Part shown: positions 8,008 to 17,753 of the stretch, piece after piece
Numbering within the stretch: position 1 is the stretch's first letter
Layout of the letters: each line of letters starts with the position of its first letter
Source: an uncultured bacterium
GTDB lineage: Bacteria; Verrucomicrobiota; Kiritimatiellia; PWTM01
Assembly (NCBI GenBank): GCA_937935255.1
Contig: CALGXT010000069.1
Coordinates: forward strand, 1 to 50,261
Direction of reading: 5' to 3'
Length of the DNA: 50,261 bases
The notes under the pieces: generated by a model
Told to the model about the DNA's origin: nothing
Database searches by the model: none
The model's input: only the letters and a program-made list of their open reading frames with translations
Position numbers and translations under genes: made by a program

Positions 8008-9573
8008 ATGCGACGCCGCGTGACGATGCTGTATCTGGCCGCGGCTCTGGCCGCGTTCTTCGGCGCCGCGCGCATCCAGCCGACGTTGCTCCGCCTGCGC
8101 CGCGAGCATCATCTCTCGCCCGCCGAAGACCCGCTGGAGAACATGCCGCCGCTCGTCGTTTTCACCACGGTGGCGCTGGGCAGCTTCCGGGGTTTGCTGG
8201 TGGACGCCCTCTGGATGCGCGCCAGCCGCCTGCAGGAGGAAGGCAAGTATTTTGAGCTGGTGCAGCTCGCCGGCTGGATCACCCAGTTGCAACCGCGCTT
8301 CGCCTCCATCTGGGCCTTTCACGCCTGGAACATGGCCTACAACGTCAGCGTTATGCTGGCGTCGCCGGAGGATCGCTGGCGCTGGGTGCGCCACGGCATC
8401 TCCCTGCTGCGCGACGACGCCCTCCGGTACAACCCCGGCAATCCGCAAATTCATCGGGAACTGGCCTGGCTTTTCTCCCATAAAATGGGCGCGGACATGG
8501 ATCAGGCCCATTTTCATTACAAACGCGAATGGGCGCGCGAGATGACCCGCGTTTTCGGCGGCGGGCGCCCGGACTTCGACCGCTTGATAGCCGCTCCGCC
8601 GGACCCGGACGCCCTGCGCGCCATACCCGGCGTTGCGGAATTGTTGGCGGAACTCGAGGCCGCCGGTATCGCCCCGCCCTACGACCGAGCGCTCGATTCG
8701 GACGCCGTCTTGGCGATGCTGGTCGCCCGCGCGGAAACGGACGCGGCGGCCCGCGCCGCGCTCGACTATCTCCGCGCCCGCCGCGCCCGCCGCGTCTACA
8801 AGCTGGACCCCGCGCGCATGAAGGAAGTGGACGAACGCTACGGGCCCCTCGATTGGCGGCTGCCGGGCGCGCATGCGATTTATTGGGCCTGGAGGGGATT
8901 GCCCTCGGCGCGCAACCGCTTCGACCGCCTCTCGCTCGATCGCGCCATTTTTCAATCCATGGCGGACGCCTTTCTGCGAGGCCGTCTGGCGGAATCGCCC
9001 GACCTCGCCGCGTTCGCTTTGACGCCGAATCTCGAATTGTACGATCGAGTCCATGCCGCCTATGAAAAAGCGCTGAACGATTTTCCGGGCGATCCGACGC
9101 TTCCTACCGCCTTCGCCAATTTCCTGACCGACGCCGTCCTGCTGCACTACACCTACAACCTGGAGGCGCGCGCGCGGGCGATTTACGACGAGCTGCGGGC
9201 GCGGTTCCCGAAGGAGGAAAATGCCGGCGGTTTCGAAGCGTTCGTTGTACGAATTTGGCGCGAATACGCCCGCGATCTGCCGTCGGGACAAGCCGCCGCC
9301 TTCGTCGAGAGCGCGCTCTACCAAAGCCATTTCTGGGCGGCGCTCGGCGAGCGCGAGCGCGCCGCCGGCTTCGCGCGGATGGCGGCGCTGGTGTGGAACC
9401 GATACATGGAGGAGCGCAAAAACCCGGAATTTCGAGAGCGAACGGGACTGCCGCCGCTGGAGGAAATGGACCGCGTCGCGCGCGAGCGCGTGCGGGAGAT
9501 GATCGAAGCGGCGCGCCAACGCAACGCGGAAATCCGGTCGGACCCGCGCCGCCTGATCGCGCCGACGCCATGA
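8008..9573 (+). CDS. Membrane-anchored helical/TPR-like hypothetical protein (PilG/XapA-like)
   Basis: N-terminal TM; LGSFRGLLVDALWMRA, ITQLQPRFASIWAFHAWNMAYNVS; same operon as the ABC genes. Confidence 0.7.
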   Translation: MRRRVTMLYLAAALAAFFGAARIQPTLLRLRREHHLSPAEDPLENMPPLVVFTTVALGSFRGLLVDALWMRASRLQEEGKYFELVQLAGWITQLQPRFASIWAFHAWNMAYNVSVMLASPEDRWRWVRHGISLLRDDALRYNPGNPQIHRELAWLFSHKMGADMDQAHFHYKREWAREMTRVFGGGRPDFDRLIAAPPDPDALRAIPGVAELLAELEAAGIAPPYDRALDSDAVLAMLVARAETDAAARAALDYLRARRARRVYKLDPARMKEVDERYGPLDWRLPGAHAIYWAWRGLPSARNRFDRLSLDRAIFQSMADAFLRGRLAESPDLAAFALTPNLELYDRVHAAYEKALNDFPGDPTLPTAFANFLTDAVLLHYTYNLEARARAIYDELRARFPKEENAGGFEAFVVRIWREYARDLPSGQAAAFVESALYQSHFWAALGERERAAGFARMAALVWNRYMEERKNPEFRERTGLPPLEEMDRVARERVREMIEAARQRNAEIRSDPRRLIAPTP

Positions 9574-10235
9574 ACTCGCTCGGGTTCCTTTTCGGGACGT
9601 CGTTTCTGGTGGGGCTTTCCGGCGCGCTCATGCCCGGACCGGTGCTGACGGCGACGATCGCCCATGCCTTGCGGCGCGGTTTCCGCGCGGGTCCCGCCAT
9701 CGTGCTGGGGCATGCGATCCTCGAACTGGCGGTGCTGGCGGCGGTGGCGTTCGGCCTCGGCGCCTGGCTGGCGCGCCCCGCCGTGATGGGACCGCTGGGA
9801 TTGGCGGGCGGTGTTTTACTGACGGCGATGGGCGCCCACATGGCGTTGACCGCGCCGGCCGCCGCCGACCGCGCGCTGGCGGAAGCCGGCGCGGCCGTCC
9901 CCGCGACGCTTCCGGTCTGGCGAACTCCCGCGGCCGCCGGCTTTTTGCTCAGTTTGTCGAACCCGTATTGGCTGCTCTGGTGGTGCACCATCGGTTTGAA
10001 TTACACGGCGCTCGCGCTCCGGCGGGGACCGGCGGGACTGGCGGCCTTTTACACCGGGCACATCTCCTCCGATCTGGTTTGGTACAGCGCGGTGGCGGCC
10101 GCCGTCGCGGCGGGTCGGCGGGTGTGTCCGCCCGCGGCCTATCGGAATGTGCTGCGGCTGTGCGGTCTCGCATTGGTCGCGATCGGCGCTCGGTTCGGCG
10201 CCGAAGGCCTCGCGCTGACGCCCCGGGCGATCTAA
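9570..10235 (+). CDS. LysE family translocator
   Basis: GLSGALMPGP, GPAIVLGHAILE, SLSNPYWLLWW; ATGA overlap. Confidence 0.88.
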   Translation: MNSLGFLFGTSFLVGLSGALMPGPVLTATIAHALRRGFRAGPAIVLGHAILELAVLAAVAFGLGAWLARPAVMGPLGLAGGVLLTAMGAHMALTAPAAADRALAEAGAAVPATLPVWRTPAAAGFLLSLSNPYWLLWWCTIGLNYTALALRRGPAGLAAFYTGHISSDLVWYSAVAAAVAAGRRVCPPAAYRNVLRLCGLALVAIGARFGAEGLALTPRAI

Positions 10236-10430
10236 CGCCCCGAGGGACGCCGCCGCCCGCTCCGCCGCCGCACGTTTCTTTTCCGGTCGCATTTCCGCAT
10301 GCAATTGTCGCGCTCGCTGTATTCCGCCGGATCGCGACGAAGGGCTAAACTAACGCGAACGGAAATTTTTATCGCGATTTCCGCGATTCGCCGACAACGG
10401 CGCCGATCTTCGCGAATAGGAACGAAAACC

Positions 10431-13400
10431 ATGAAAACGACGCGCCGCTTCGGAACTCTCGTCGCCGTGTGGTGCGCTTGGAGCGCGGGGGTGCGGGCGG
10501 GCGAGCTGCGCCTCAGCCGCTATTTCAGCGACCCGCTGGTTCTCCAGCGCGAGAAACCCAATGTCATCCGCGGTTTCGCCGCGCCGCGCGCCGCCGTCAC
10601 CGTTTCGTTCGGCGGACAGGAGAAGACCGTCGCCGCCGGGGCCGACGGCGCCTGGGCCGTGGCCCTCGATCCGATGCCGGCCTCCGCGACTCCGAGAGCG
10701 CTGGCCGTGAAATCGGGCCGCGAAACGGTGGCGCTGAACGACGTGCTCGTCGGCGATGTGTTTCTTGTGGCGCTCCAGACGAGTGTGGATCTTTCGCTGG
10801 GCGCGACGCCCGAAGGGCGGGCGGCGGCCGCGGCGCATCCCAACGCTGCGCGCCTGCGCGCCATCTCCATCCGGACGGCGCCGGCCGGGGCGCCGCAAGC
10901 GGACCTCGCGCCCGAAGCGACAACGGGATGGACGGCGATCAACCGGGAGTCCGCGCTGCGCTTATCCGCGGCGGCCTATTATCTCGGGCGCGATCTGGCC
11001 GCCGAAGCGGACGCGCCGATCGGCATCGTGGATCTCCATCTCGGGCCGGCGTTCCCGGTGAGCTGGCTCAGCCGGGAGTCATTGCTGGAGACGGAAAAAT
11101 TTTACGGCAAGACCGATGTGCCGGGACTCGTTCGGCGCTTCGACGCGCTGCTGGAGCGGAAAGCGAAAGGAGAGCCTTTGCCGCCGAAGGAATCCGTAAC
11201 GGACGATACGCTGCTGACCTATGCGATCTTTCCCGCCGGCGGCTACAACGCCGTGCTGCATCCGCTGCGCGGGCTGGCCCTCAAGGCCGCGCTGGTTCAG
11301 CTCGGCAACGATTATCCGCACATGATTTACTCGGAGCTCGAACGGGCGGGCCGGCAATTCGATCGCGAGGAACTGAACCGCGCCTATGTGCAGACGTACG
11401 ATTTTCGCAAAACCGGCTGGCGCATGGCGCCGGTGACGACGCCGCGCATCCCGCGCGAATGGCGCGCGGTCTTCGGCGATTCCGCCCTGCCGTTCGGCCT
11501 GATCCTGCCGCCGGGTTCGGACCTCGCCACGCTGGCCGCGCACCATCGCGAGATGCGGGAGCTGCACCGGCGCACGGCGGAGGAGAATCCCGGCGTCGGC
11601 CTGATTCTACCCGGCATGGAGAATATTCCGTTCAGCGCGCAACCGGCGGATGCGGCGTTGTTGGCTCAGCGTTGTCTCCACTGGATTCGAGGCGCGGTGT
11701 TGGGGCGCGCGGATGCGCCGGCGACCGGCCCGCTGTTCGAGCGGCTGGAGCCGAATTTCAATGAGGCGGTCATCCGGTTCAAGGAAGGCACGGCCCGCGG
11801 ACTTCAGGCGAAGGCGGGAGCGTTGGGTTTCTTCGAGGCGGCCGGAGTCGAAAGCGAATACCGTCCGGTGGACGCCGTGATCGAGGGCGAGACGATCCGC
11901 GTTCGCAGCGATGCGCTGAGCCGCATCGCGCATGTCCGCTACAACTGGAACGACCGGCCCAACGCGGGCTTGGTCAACGCGGCCGGATTGCCCGCCCTGC
12001 CGTTCCGCTCCGAGAAGGCGGATTATGTCTGGTTCCACACCCACGACGACAACGATCTGCCGATGGAGTATTCCACGCCGGCCAACGAGTGGCCGCCGAG
12101 CGATGTCGCGCTGATCAGCGGCCATCTCAAGACGCACGGCTATACCAACTTTTCCGGCTGGCTGGGGCCGATCGGCGTCCGCACCGGGCCCTTCGGCCCG
12201 AATATGGGGGTTCGCGAGGTGAAGGCCGGCTCGCCGGCGGACGGCAAACTCTTCGTCGGCGACATGATTTATAGCGTAAATGGAATGCCGGTGGGCGCGA
12301 AGGCGTGGGAGGCGATGTCGGCGGCGATTACGGAGAGCGAGACGCGCGAAATGAACGGCCGACTGACGCTCGGCGTGCGCCGGCGGGGCGAGAACCTGGA
12401 CGTGGAAATCACCTTGCCCGTGATGGGCCGCTACAGCGCGACGGCGCCTTACGATTGTCCGAAGACCGAGAAGATCATTGCGAATCTCGAAAAATGGGTC
12501 GTTTCGCGCGGCGCCGATGCGGGGTTTCTCAACACCGACGCCCTGTTCCTGCTGGCCACGGGCAACCCGGAACTGCTGGGCTACGTTCGCCGGGTCGTCT
12601 ATAAAAAAATGGCCGGCATGAAACTCACGTACCCGATTGACCCCTCGAAAGCGGGGAAAAGCTGGCACAACTCCGCGGATGCGCTCTTGTTCGGCGAGTA
12701 CTATCTGGCCACCGGCGACCGCAATGTGCTGCCGCATCTCAAGTATGTGTGCGACCGGCTGGCGGCGACGATGCAGCCGGGCGGCGGCTGGCGGCACAAC
12801 TATCCGGGCGGGCCGACCTATGGCCTGATCCCGAACGCCGGCCTGCCGGGCGTGATGGGCATGCATTTCGCCAAAGTGGCCGGCATGGATATTGATTTCG
12901 ACGCCTATCGGCAGGCAGTCTATTTCTATCAGCATCAGCAGGCGGATACCGGCTTCATGATCTACGGAATCGGCGTCCAGCGCCCCGATCCCGCGCCGCT
13001 CGATCCCGACGCCATGGCCGCCGGCAAGCTGTCCACCTACAACGGCGGATTGTCCGCCGCCGGCATTCTGATGAAGCTGGTCGGCGATACGCGCGCGGCG
13101 CACTTGTGTTCCTTGATCAGCGCGTTCGCCTGGAACAACACCTTCGACGGGCACGGCGGCAATTTCTGGAACAACTTCTGGACGCCGCTGGGCGCGCACG
13201 CCCATGGACGCCCCGCATTCGTTCATTTCTGGAAGAATCACCTCTGGTATCGCGAGCTCAATCGGATGTATGACGGCAGCCTGATCCAGCATGAGAACGG
13301 GGACGTCGGCGCGGGAACCGGCATCGCCCTGGCCGCCCCGCGCCGGCGGCTGCAAATCCTCGGCGCTCCGCCATCCCCGTTTGCGGCGGACGCCCCCGAA

Positions 13401-14360
13401 TCGCTGAAACCCGCGATCGCCGACTACACGGCGCGAGACTATGCCGCCTGCGCCCGGCGCGTGGATGAGTTGCTGGCCGGCGGAACCGTCGGCCGGGTCG
13501 AGCGGCCGACGGTGGAGGCCCTCGGCCGCGCCGCGCGCGAGATGGAGGCGAGCATTGCCGCCGACCTGTCACGAATGGAGGCCTTGGCGCGCGCCGGCGA
13601 TCCGGCGACGGCGCGCGAGTTTCTCGCCCCCCTCAAGGGCGTGATGAAGGCGGACGACGCGAGGTTGTTGGCCGTTGAAAAAATGATCGCCGAGTCTCCG
13701 CAGCGAACGACGGCGAGGCCCGCGGCGTCCTCGAGGATGGAAGTCGAAGCGGAATCGGCGGAGGACGCGGCGAGCAAGGCCGCGGCGAAGGAGGAAGCCG
13801 CGGAGCGCGCCGCTCAAGCGGCGAAAGCGTCGCGCGAATGGGTTTGTCTGGTCACCGAGGCCCTGACCGGTCGCAGCTCGGCGAAGACGCCGGGCAAAGT
13901 TCCCGAGGCGCAGGCGAATCGTTGGCGCATGAAGGTGGTGGAGAACCTGTCGCAGGCGCCCGCCGATTGGATGACGCCCGACTACGACGATTCACGCTGG
14001 AGCGAGACCACGCTGCCGATCTCGTGGCGGATGTATCACACCGCGCTCTTTCGAACGAAGTTCAACGTGGCGGACAAAGACGCGTTCGACGGCCTCCGCT
14101 TCCGCGGCTGGGTCTTCCGGCAGCAGGCGATGGCGATCTATCTCAACGGTCATTTGATCGGCCGGGTCAACAACATCGAGGGCAAGACGGGCGACATGGA
14201 CGGGGATTTTCTCGATTCCGCGGTCCGCTATCTCCGCAACGGCGAGAACACCCTGGCCGTCACGACCCGCCACAACTGGCGCTGGGGGATGCTGTCCATG
14301 CATGTGTACAACGACGGTTTCGGTTTCCGGCTCGATGCGCGCAAGAAACCGGCGAAGTGA
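10431..14360 (+). CDS. Secreted multidomain protein: degenerate sialate O-acetylesterase-like + PDZ-like + DUF6288-like helical domain + C-terminal beta-sandwich
   Basis: Signal peptide ending VRA; LVLQRE, GAWAVALDPM, VRYNW, LVNAAGLPALPFR (SASA scaffold); GSPADGKLFVGD (PDZ); YSATAPYDCPKT, DGHGGNFW (DUF6288-like); DYDDSRW, IYLNG, LRNGENTLAV. Confidence 0.75.
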   Translation: MKTTRRFGTLVAVWCAWSAGVRAGELRLSRYFSDPLVLQREKPNVIRGFAAPRAAVTVSFGGQEKTVAAGADGAWAVALDPMPASATPRALAVKSGRETVALNDVLVGDVFLVALQTSVDLSLGATPEGRAAAAAHPNAARLRAISIRTAPAGAPQADLAPEATTGWTAINRESALRLSAAAYYLGRDLAAEADAPIGIVDLHLGPAFPVSWLSRESLLETEKFYGKTDVPGLVRRFDALLERKAKGEPLPPKESVTDDTLLTYAIFPAGGYNAVLHPLRGLALKAALVQLGNDYPHMIYSELERAGRQFDREELNRAYVQTYDFRKTGWRMAPVTTPRIPREWRAVFGDSALPFGLILPPGSDLATLAAHHREMRELHRRTAEENPGVGLILPGMENIPFSAQPADAALLAQRCLHWIRGAVLGRADAPATGPLFERLEPNFNEAVIRFKEGTARGLQAKAGALGFFEAAGVESEYRPVDAVIEGETIRVRSDALSRIAHVRYNWNDRPNAGLVNAAGLPALPFRSEKADYVWFHTHDDNDLPMEYSTPANEWPPSDVALISGHLKTHGYTNFSGWLGPIGVRTGPFGPNMGVREVKAGSPADGKLFVGDMIYSVNGMPVGAKAWEAMSAAITESETREMNGRLTLGVRRRGENLDVEITLPVMGRYSATAPYDCPKTEKIIANLEKWVVSRGADAGFLNTDALFLLATGNPELLGYVRRVVYKKMAGMKLTYPIDPSKAGKSWHNSADALLFGEYYLATGDRNVLPHLKYVCDRLAATMQPGGGWRHNYPGGPTYGLIPNAGLPGVMGMHFAKVAGMDIDFDAYRQAVYFYQHQQADTGFMIYGIGVQRPDPAPLDPDAMAAGKLSTYNGGLSAAGILMKLVGDTRAAHLCSLISAFAWNNTFDGHGGNFWNNFWTPLGAHAHGRPAFVHFWKNHLWYRELNRMYDGSLIQHENGDVGAGTGIALAAPRRRLQILGAPPSPFAADAPESLKPAIADYTARDYAACARRVDELLAGGTVGRVERPTVEALGRAAREMEASIAADLSRMEALARAGDPATAREFLAPLKGVMKADDARLLAVEKMIAESPQRTTARPAASSRMEVEAESAEDAASKAAAKEEAAERAAQAAKASREWVCLVTEALTGRSSAKTPGKVPEAQANRWRMKVVENLSQAPADWMTPDYDDSRWSETTLPISWRMYHTALFRTKFNVADKDAFDGLRFRGWVFRQQAMAIYLNGHLIGRVNNIEGKTGDMDGDFLDSAVRYLRNGENTLAVTTRHNWRWGMLSMHVYNDGFGFRLDARKKPAK

Positions 14361-14388
14361 AATGCCGAATGCCGAATTCTGAATGCCG
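14361..14388. repeat. Heptamer run AATGCCG x4 (one variant, AATTCTG)
   Basis: Begins immediately after the stop codon at 14358-14360. Confidence 0.75.
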
Positions 14389-14457
14389 AAAGGAATTTAC
14401 GGGATGACGCGGAAAAGGGATTCGCGCCCCAACGGGCTCATTTTGATGTTCGCTCCC

Positions 14458-14522
14458 CGCGGCGCGAGCACGCTTGCGCCCCACGGCCGGGGACCGTAGG
14501 GCCTCAGCTTGCTGAGGCCGCG
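14458..14522. repeat. Inverted pair of GTAG-type REP hairpins
   Basis: Minus strand gtggggcgcaagcgtgctcgcgccgcg (14458-14484); plus strand gtagggcctcagcttgctgaggccgcg (14496-14522). Confidence 0.8.
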
Positions 14523-14565
14523 ATGCCATCCCAGAGCAGGTCAGGACAATTGTGAGACGACTAGT

Positions 14566-15978
14566 ATGCCCCAGAACGACTCACGTCCCAATATCTTGAT
14601 CCTGATGTGCGACCAGATGCAGGCTCGGCGCATGGGTTTTGTGGATGGGATCGCGATCACGCCGAACCTGGATGCGCTGGCCGCCGAGGGCGTGCATTTT
14701 CGAAACGCCCTTACCGTGCACGGGCAATGCGTGCCCTCGCGTTGCGCCTTCATGACGGGCATGCCGCCGCACGCTTGCAATGTGATGGTGAACTACGGCT
14801 TTTTCGGCCATTGCGGGCATCTGACCGCGCGGAATCGGACGTTTGTGCAGGAGTTTCAGGAACGCGGCTGGACCACCGCGCACTTCGGCAAGAGCCATTT
14901 GGGTTCGCCCCTTCGGACCCTGGGATTCGACGTCGGCGAATGCCTGGACGGCGAATTTCCGCCGGGCAAAGAACCGCCGGAACGCGTTCGCCTGCGCGAA
15001 GAGAACCTGCGACGCGGCGGCGACGGGCTGACCGCTGAGGGGCCGGAAAATTCCACCCACTACAAGGCCCTGCGGGAGGGACTCCCCTGGCTGGCAAACT
15101 ACGATCCGAAATCCGGCCCCTTGCTCTTCATGTTCGATACCAATCTCCCGCATCCGCCGTTTTACTACGAGCCGGAGTGGCGGGACCGGTTCCGGCCGGA
15201 AGCCATGATCCTGCCGAGGAGCTATTACGAGGAAACCTTCGAGGGCAAGCCGCCCTTTCTTCGGGAACATGCCGAGCGCGGGCCGCACAAACTGGAGAGC
15301 GAGGCGCAGTTGCGGGAGGAGATGGCGCAGTATTACACACTGATCGCCGCGGTGGACAAAGCCTGCGGGCAAATCGGCGAAATTTTTAAACGGAAAGGAA
15401 TGTGGGAAAACACCATCGCCCTTTTTCTTTCCGATCACGGCGACCTGATGGGCGCGCACCGATTCCGCCGAAAAGGGACCATGCCCTACGAGGAGCTTTA
15501 CAACATCCCTTGCATCCTGAAACTGCCGGCCGGCGTGCCGCGCCGGCGGGCGGTGATCGAGGAGGTCGTGGCGTCCACCGATTTGCCGGGGGCCCTGCTG
15601 GAACTGGCCGGCATCCGGCCGCCGCCCCCTTTCGCTGAAAGCGATGCGGCGCGGGCCTTGCGCCGCGACGCCCCGACCGGTCACGAACGCGTGTTCTTCG
15701 AACACTACGCGGCCTGGTGGGGGCGGCACCCCTTCTATGGCGTGCGCACCGCGACGATGAAATACGTGCGCTACTATGGCGACGAGCAATTCGAAGAGCT
15801 GTACGACCTTGCGCGAGACCCGGAAGAACTCCACAATGTCGCCGGCGATCCCGCCTATCGCGAAGCCCGCCGGAAACTGTCCGCCGCAGCGGACGGATGG
15901 TGGGCGTCTACGGGAGGCCGGAGCGCCGACTTCTACGAGACCGAGCCGTTTCGAAACAATTTAAACCGGGTTGAATGA
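14566..15978 (+). CDS. Formylglycine-dependent (Cys-type) sulfatase
   Basis: PNILILMCDQ, TPNLDALA, CVPSR motif, GKSH, PHPP, SDHG, ELYDLARDPEE; no signal peptide seen. Confidence 0.93.
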   Translation: MPQNDSRPNILILMCDQMQARRMGFVDGIAITPNLDALAAEGVHFRNALTVHGQCVPSRCAFMTGMPPHACNVMVNYGFFGHCGHLTARNRTFVQEFQERGWTTAHFGKSHLGSPLRTLGFDVGECLDGEFPPGKEPPERVRLREENLRRGGDGLTAEGPENSTHYKALREGLPWLANYDPKSGPLLFMFDTNLPHPPFYYEPEWRDRFRPEAMILPRSYYEETFEGKPPFLREHAERGPHKLESEAQLREEMAQYYTLIAAVDKACGQIGEIFKRKGMWENTIALFLSDHGDLMGAHRFRRKGTMPYEELYNIPCILKLPAGVPRRRAVIEEVVASTDLPGALLELAGIRPPPPFAESDAARALRRDAPTGHERVFFEHYAAWWGRHPFYGVRTATMKYVRYYGDEQFEELYDLARDPEELHNVAGDPAYREARRKLSAAADGWWASTGGRSADFYETEPFRNNLNRVE

Positions 15979-16017
15979 CCGGGCGACGTCGTCCGGCCTC
16001 GCCGGGAGCGCGATGGC

Positions 16018-17604
16018 ATGACCCTCGGCATTTTGACCGCCGCCAAAATGGATGCGCGCGTTGCGGAATTCAACCGCAACGATCGCGAGTTGTATCGCCA
16101 GCACATTGCCAACGAACGAGCGGCGGAGTGGATGGCCCGCAACGTCCCCCGGTTTGAATGCCCGGACGAGGAAATCGAGGAAATTTACTATTTTCGGTGG
16201 TGGACGTTTCGCAAGCATATCAAAGAGACGCCGGACGGCTTCGTCATCACCGAGTTTCTGCCGCCCGTCGGTTGGGCCGGGAAGCACAACACCATCAATT
16301 GCGCGGCGGGCCACCATTTTCGCGAGGGGCGCTGGCTGCGCGACGCCCGCTATCTCGACGACTACGCGCATTTCTGGCTGCGCGGCGGCGGCGAGGTGCG
16401 CACTCGGATCCAGACCCGGCGCGGGTACAGCTTTTGGATCGCCGACTCCCTGCTCGCGCGGGCCCGCGTGACGGGACAGTTCGATCTGTGCATCGAACTG
16501 CTGCCCGACCTGATCGCCAACTACGAAGGATGGGAACGCGAGCAGCGCGACGCTAACGGGCTTTTTTGGCAGATGGACGACCGCGACGGCATGGAGTTTT
16601 CCATCTCGGGTCGTCTCGCCCCGAAGGCGCTGGGCTATCGGCCGACCCTCAACAGCTATATGTACGGCGACGCACTCGCCATCGCCGAGATCGCCGAACG
16701 CGCGGGGGACGCCGGCTGCGCCCGGCGTTATCGCGAGAAGGCCGCCGAGATTCGACGGCTGACGCAAACGCATCTCTGGGATCCCCAGGCGCGTTTTTTC
16801 AAGGTATTGCCGCGAATCGAGCGGCCAACGCTTTCCGACGCCCGGGAATTGCACGGCTACACGCCCTGGTATTTCAATCTCCCGGACGACGACGAAACGT
16901 CGGAGGCCTGGGCGCAGTTGATGGATCCCAAGGGATTCTTCGCGCCCTTCGGCCCGACCACGGCCGAGCAGCGGCATCCGGAGTTCGCGGTGATCTACAG
17001 CCGGATTGGCTGCCAATGGAACGGTCCGAGTTGGCCGTACGCGACGTCCGTCACCCTGACGGCGATGGCCAATTTATTGAACGACTACCGTCAAGAGGTC
17101 GTGACACGCGAGGACTACTTCAAAATTCTCAAGATCTACACCCGTTCGCACCGGCTTCGGCTCGACGACGGACGCGTCGTGCCGTGGATAGACGAGAGTC
17201 TGAATCCGTTCACGGGCGACTGGCTCACGCGCACATGCTTGAAGAGAGGCGTCGGCAGGAAGACCCCCGGATGGACCGACGGCGCGGCCGATCCCGCCAA
17301 AATCGAAGAGCGCGGAAAGGATTACAACCATTCGACGTATTGCGACCTGATCATCAACGGGCTGGCGGGGCTGCGCCCGCGGAGCGACGACCGTTTGAGC
17401 GTCGCTCCGCTCGTTCCCGCGGAGTGGGCCTATTTTTGTCTCGATCGCATTCGTTACCACGGTCGGGATATTGCGATCGTCTATGACAAAACGGGCCGAC
17501 GGTATGGGCGGGGCAGGGGGTTGCAACTGTTTTGCGACGGCGAGCGGATCGCCGGCGGCGAATCCTGCTCCCGTATGGACGTGGACTTGCCCGAAAAAAG
17601 CTGA
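16018..17604 (+). CDS. Glycoside hydrolase, (alpha/alpha)6-barrel, MGH1/GH63-like
   Basis: YYFRWW, INCAAGHH, DDRDGME, RPTLNSYMYGDA, CQWNGPSWPYATS, DYNHSTY. Confidence 0.8.
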   Translation: MTLGILTAAKMDARVAEFNRNDRELYRQHIANERAAEWMARNVPRFECPDEEIEEIYYFRWWTFRKHIKETPDGFVITEFLPPVGWAGKHNTINCAAGHHFREGRWLRDARYLDDYAHFWLRGGGEVRTRIQTRRGYSFWIADSLLARARVTGQFDLCIELLPDLIANYEGWEREQRDANGLFWQMDDRDGMEFSISGRLAPKALGYRPTLNSYMYGDALAIAEIAERAGDAGCARRYREKAAEIRRLTQTHLWDPQARFFKVLPRIERPTLSDARELHGYTPWYFNLPDDDETSEAWAQLMDPKGFFAPFGPTTAEQRHPEFAVIYSRIGCQWNGPSWPYATSVTLTAMANLLNDYRQEVVTREDYFKILKIYTRSHRLRLDDGRVVPWIDESLNPFTGDWLTRTCLKRGVGRKTPGWTDGAADPAKIEERGKDYNHSTYCDLIINGLAGLRPRSDDRLSVAPLVPAEWAYFCLDRIRYHGRDIAIVYDKTGRRYGRGRGLQLFCDGERIAGGESCSRMDVDLPEKS

Positions 17605-17625
17605 AGCGGAAATAGCGGACGTCAG

Positions 17626-17699
17626 CGCACCCGGCAGGATTTGAACCTGCAACCCTCAGATCCGAAGTCTGATGCTCTGTCCAATTGCGCTACGGGTGC
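17626..17699 (-). tRNA. tRNA-Arg, anticodon TCG; CCA not encoded
   Basis: GCACCCG TA GCGC AATTGGACA GAGC A TCAGA CTTCGGA TCTGA GGGTT GCAGG TTCAAAT CCTGC CGGGTGC G cloverleaf. Confidence 0.95.
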
Positions 17700-17753
17700 G
17701 TCGTATGCGTCGTATGGGTTCCGAAATAGCGAATCGCCGCGCGCCGGGCAAGA

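Noticed and set aside
15685-15696. GAAC-GCGT-GTTC matching the LexA box core
   Set aside because: It lies deep inside the sulfatase CDS, away from any promoter, and is most likely chance.
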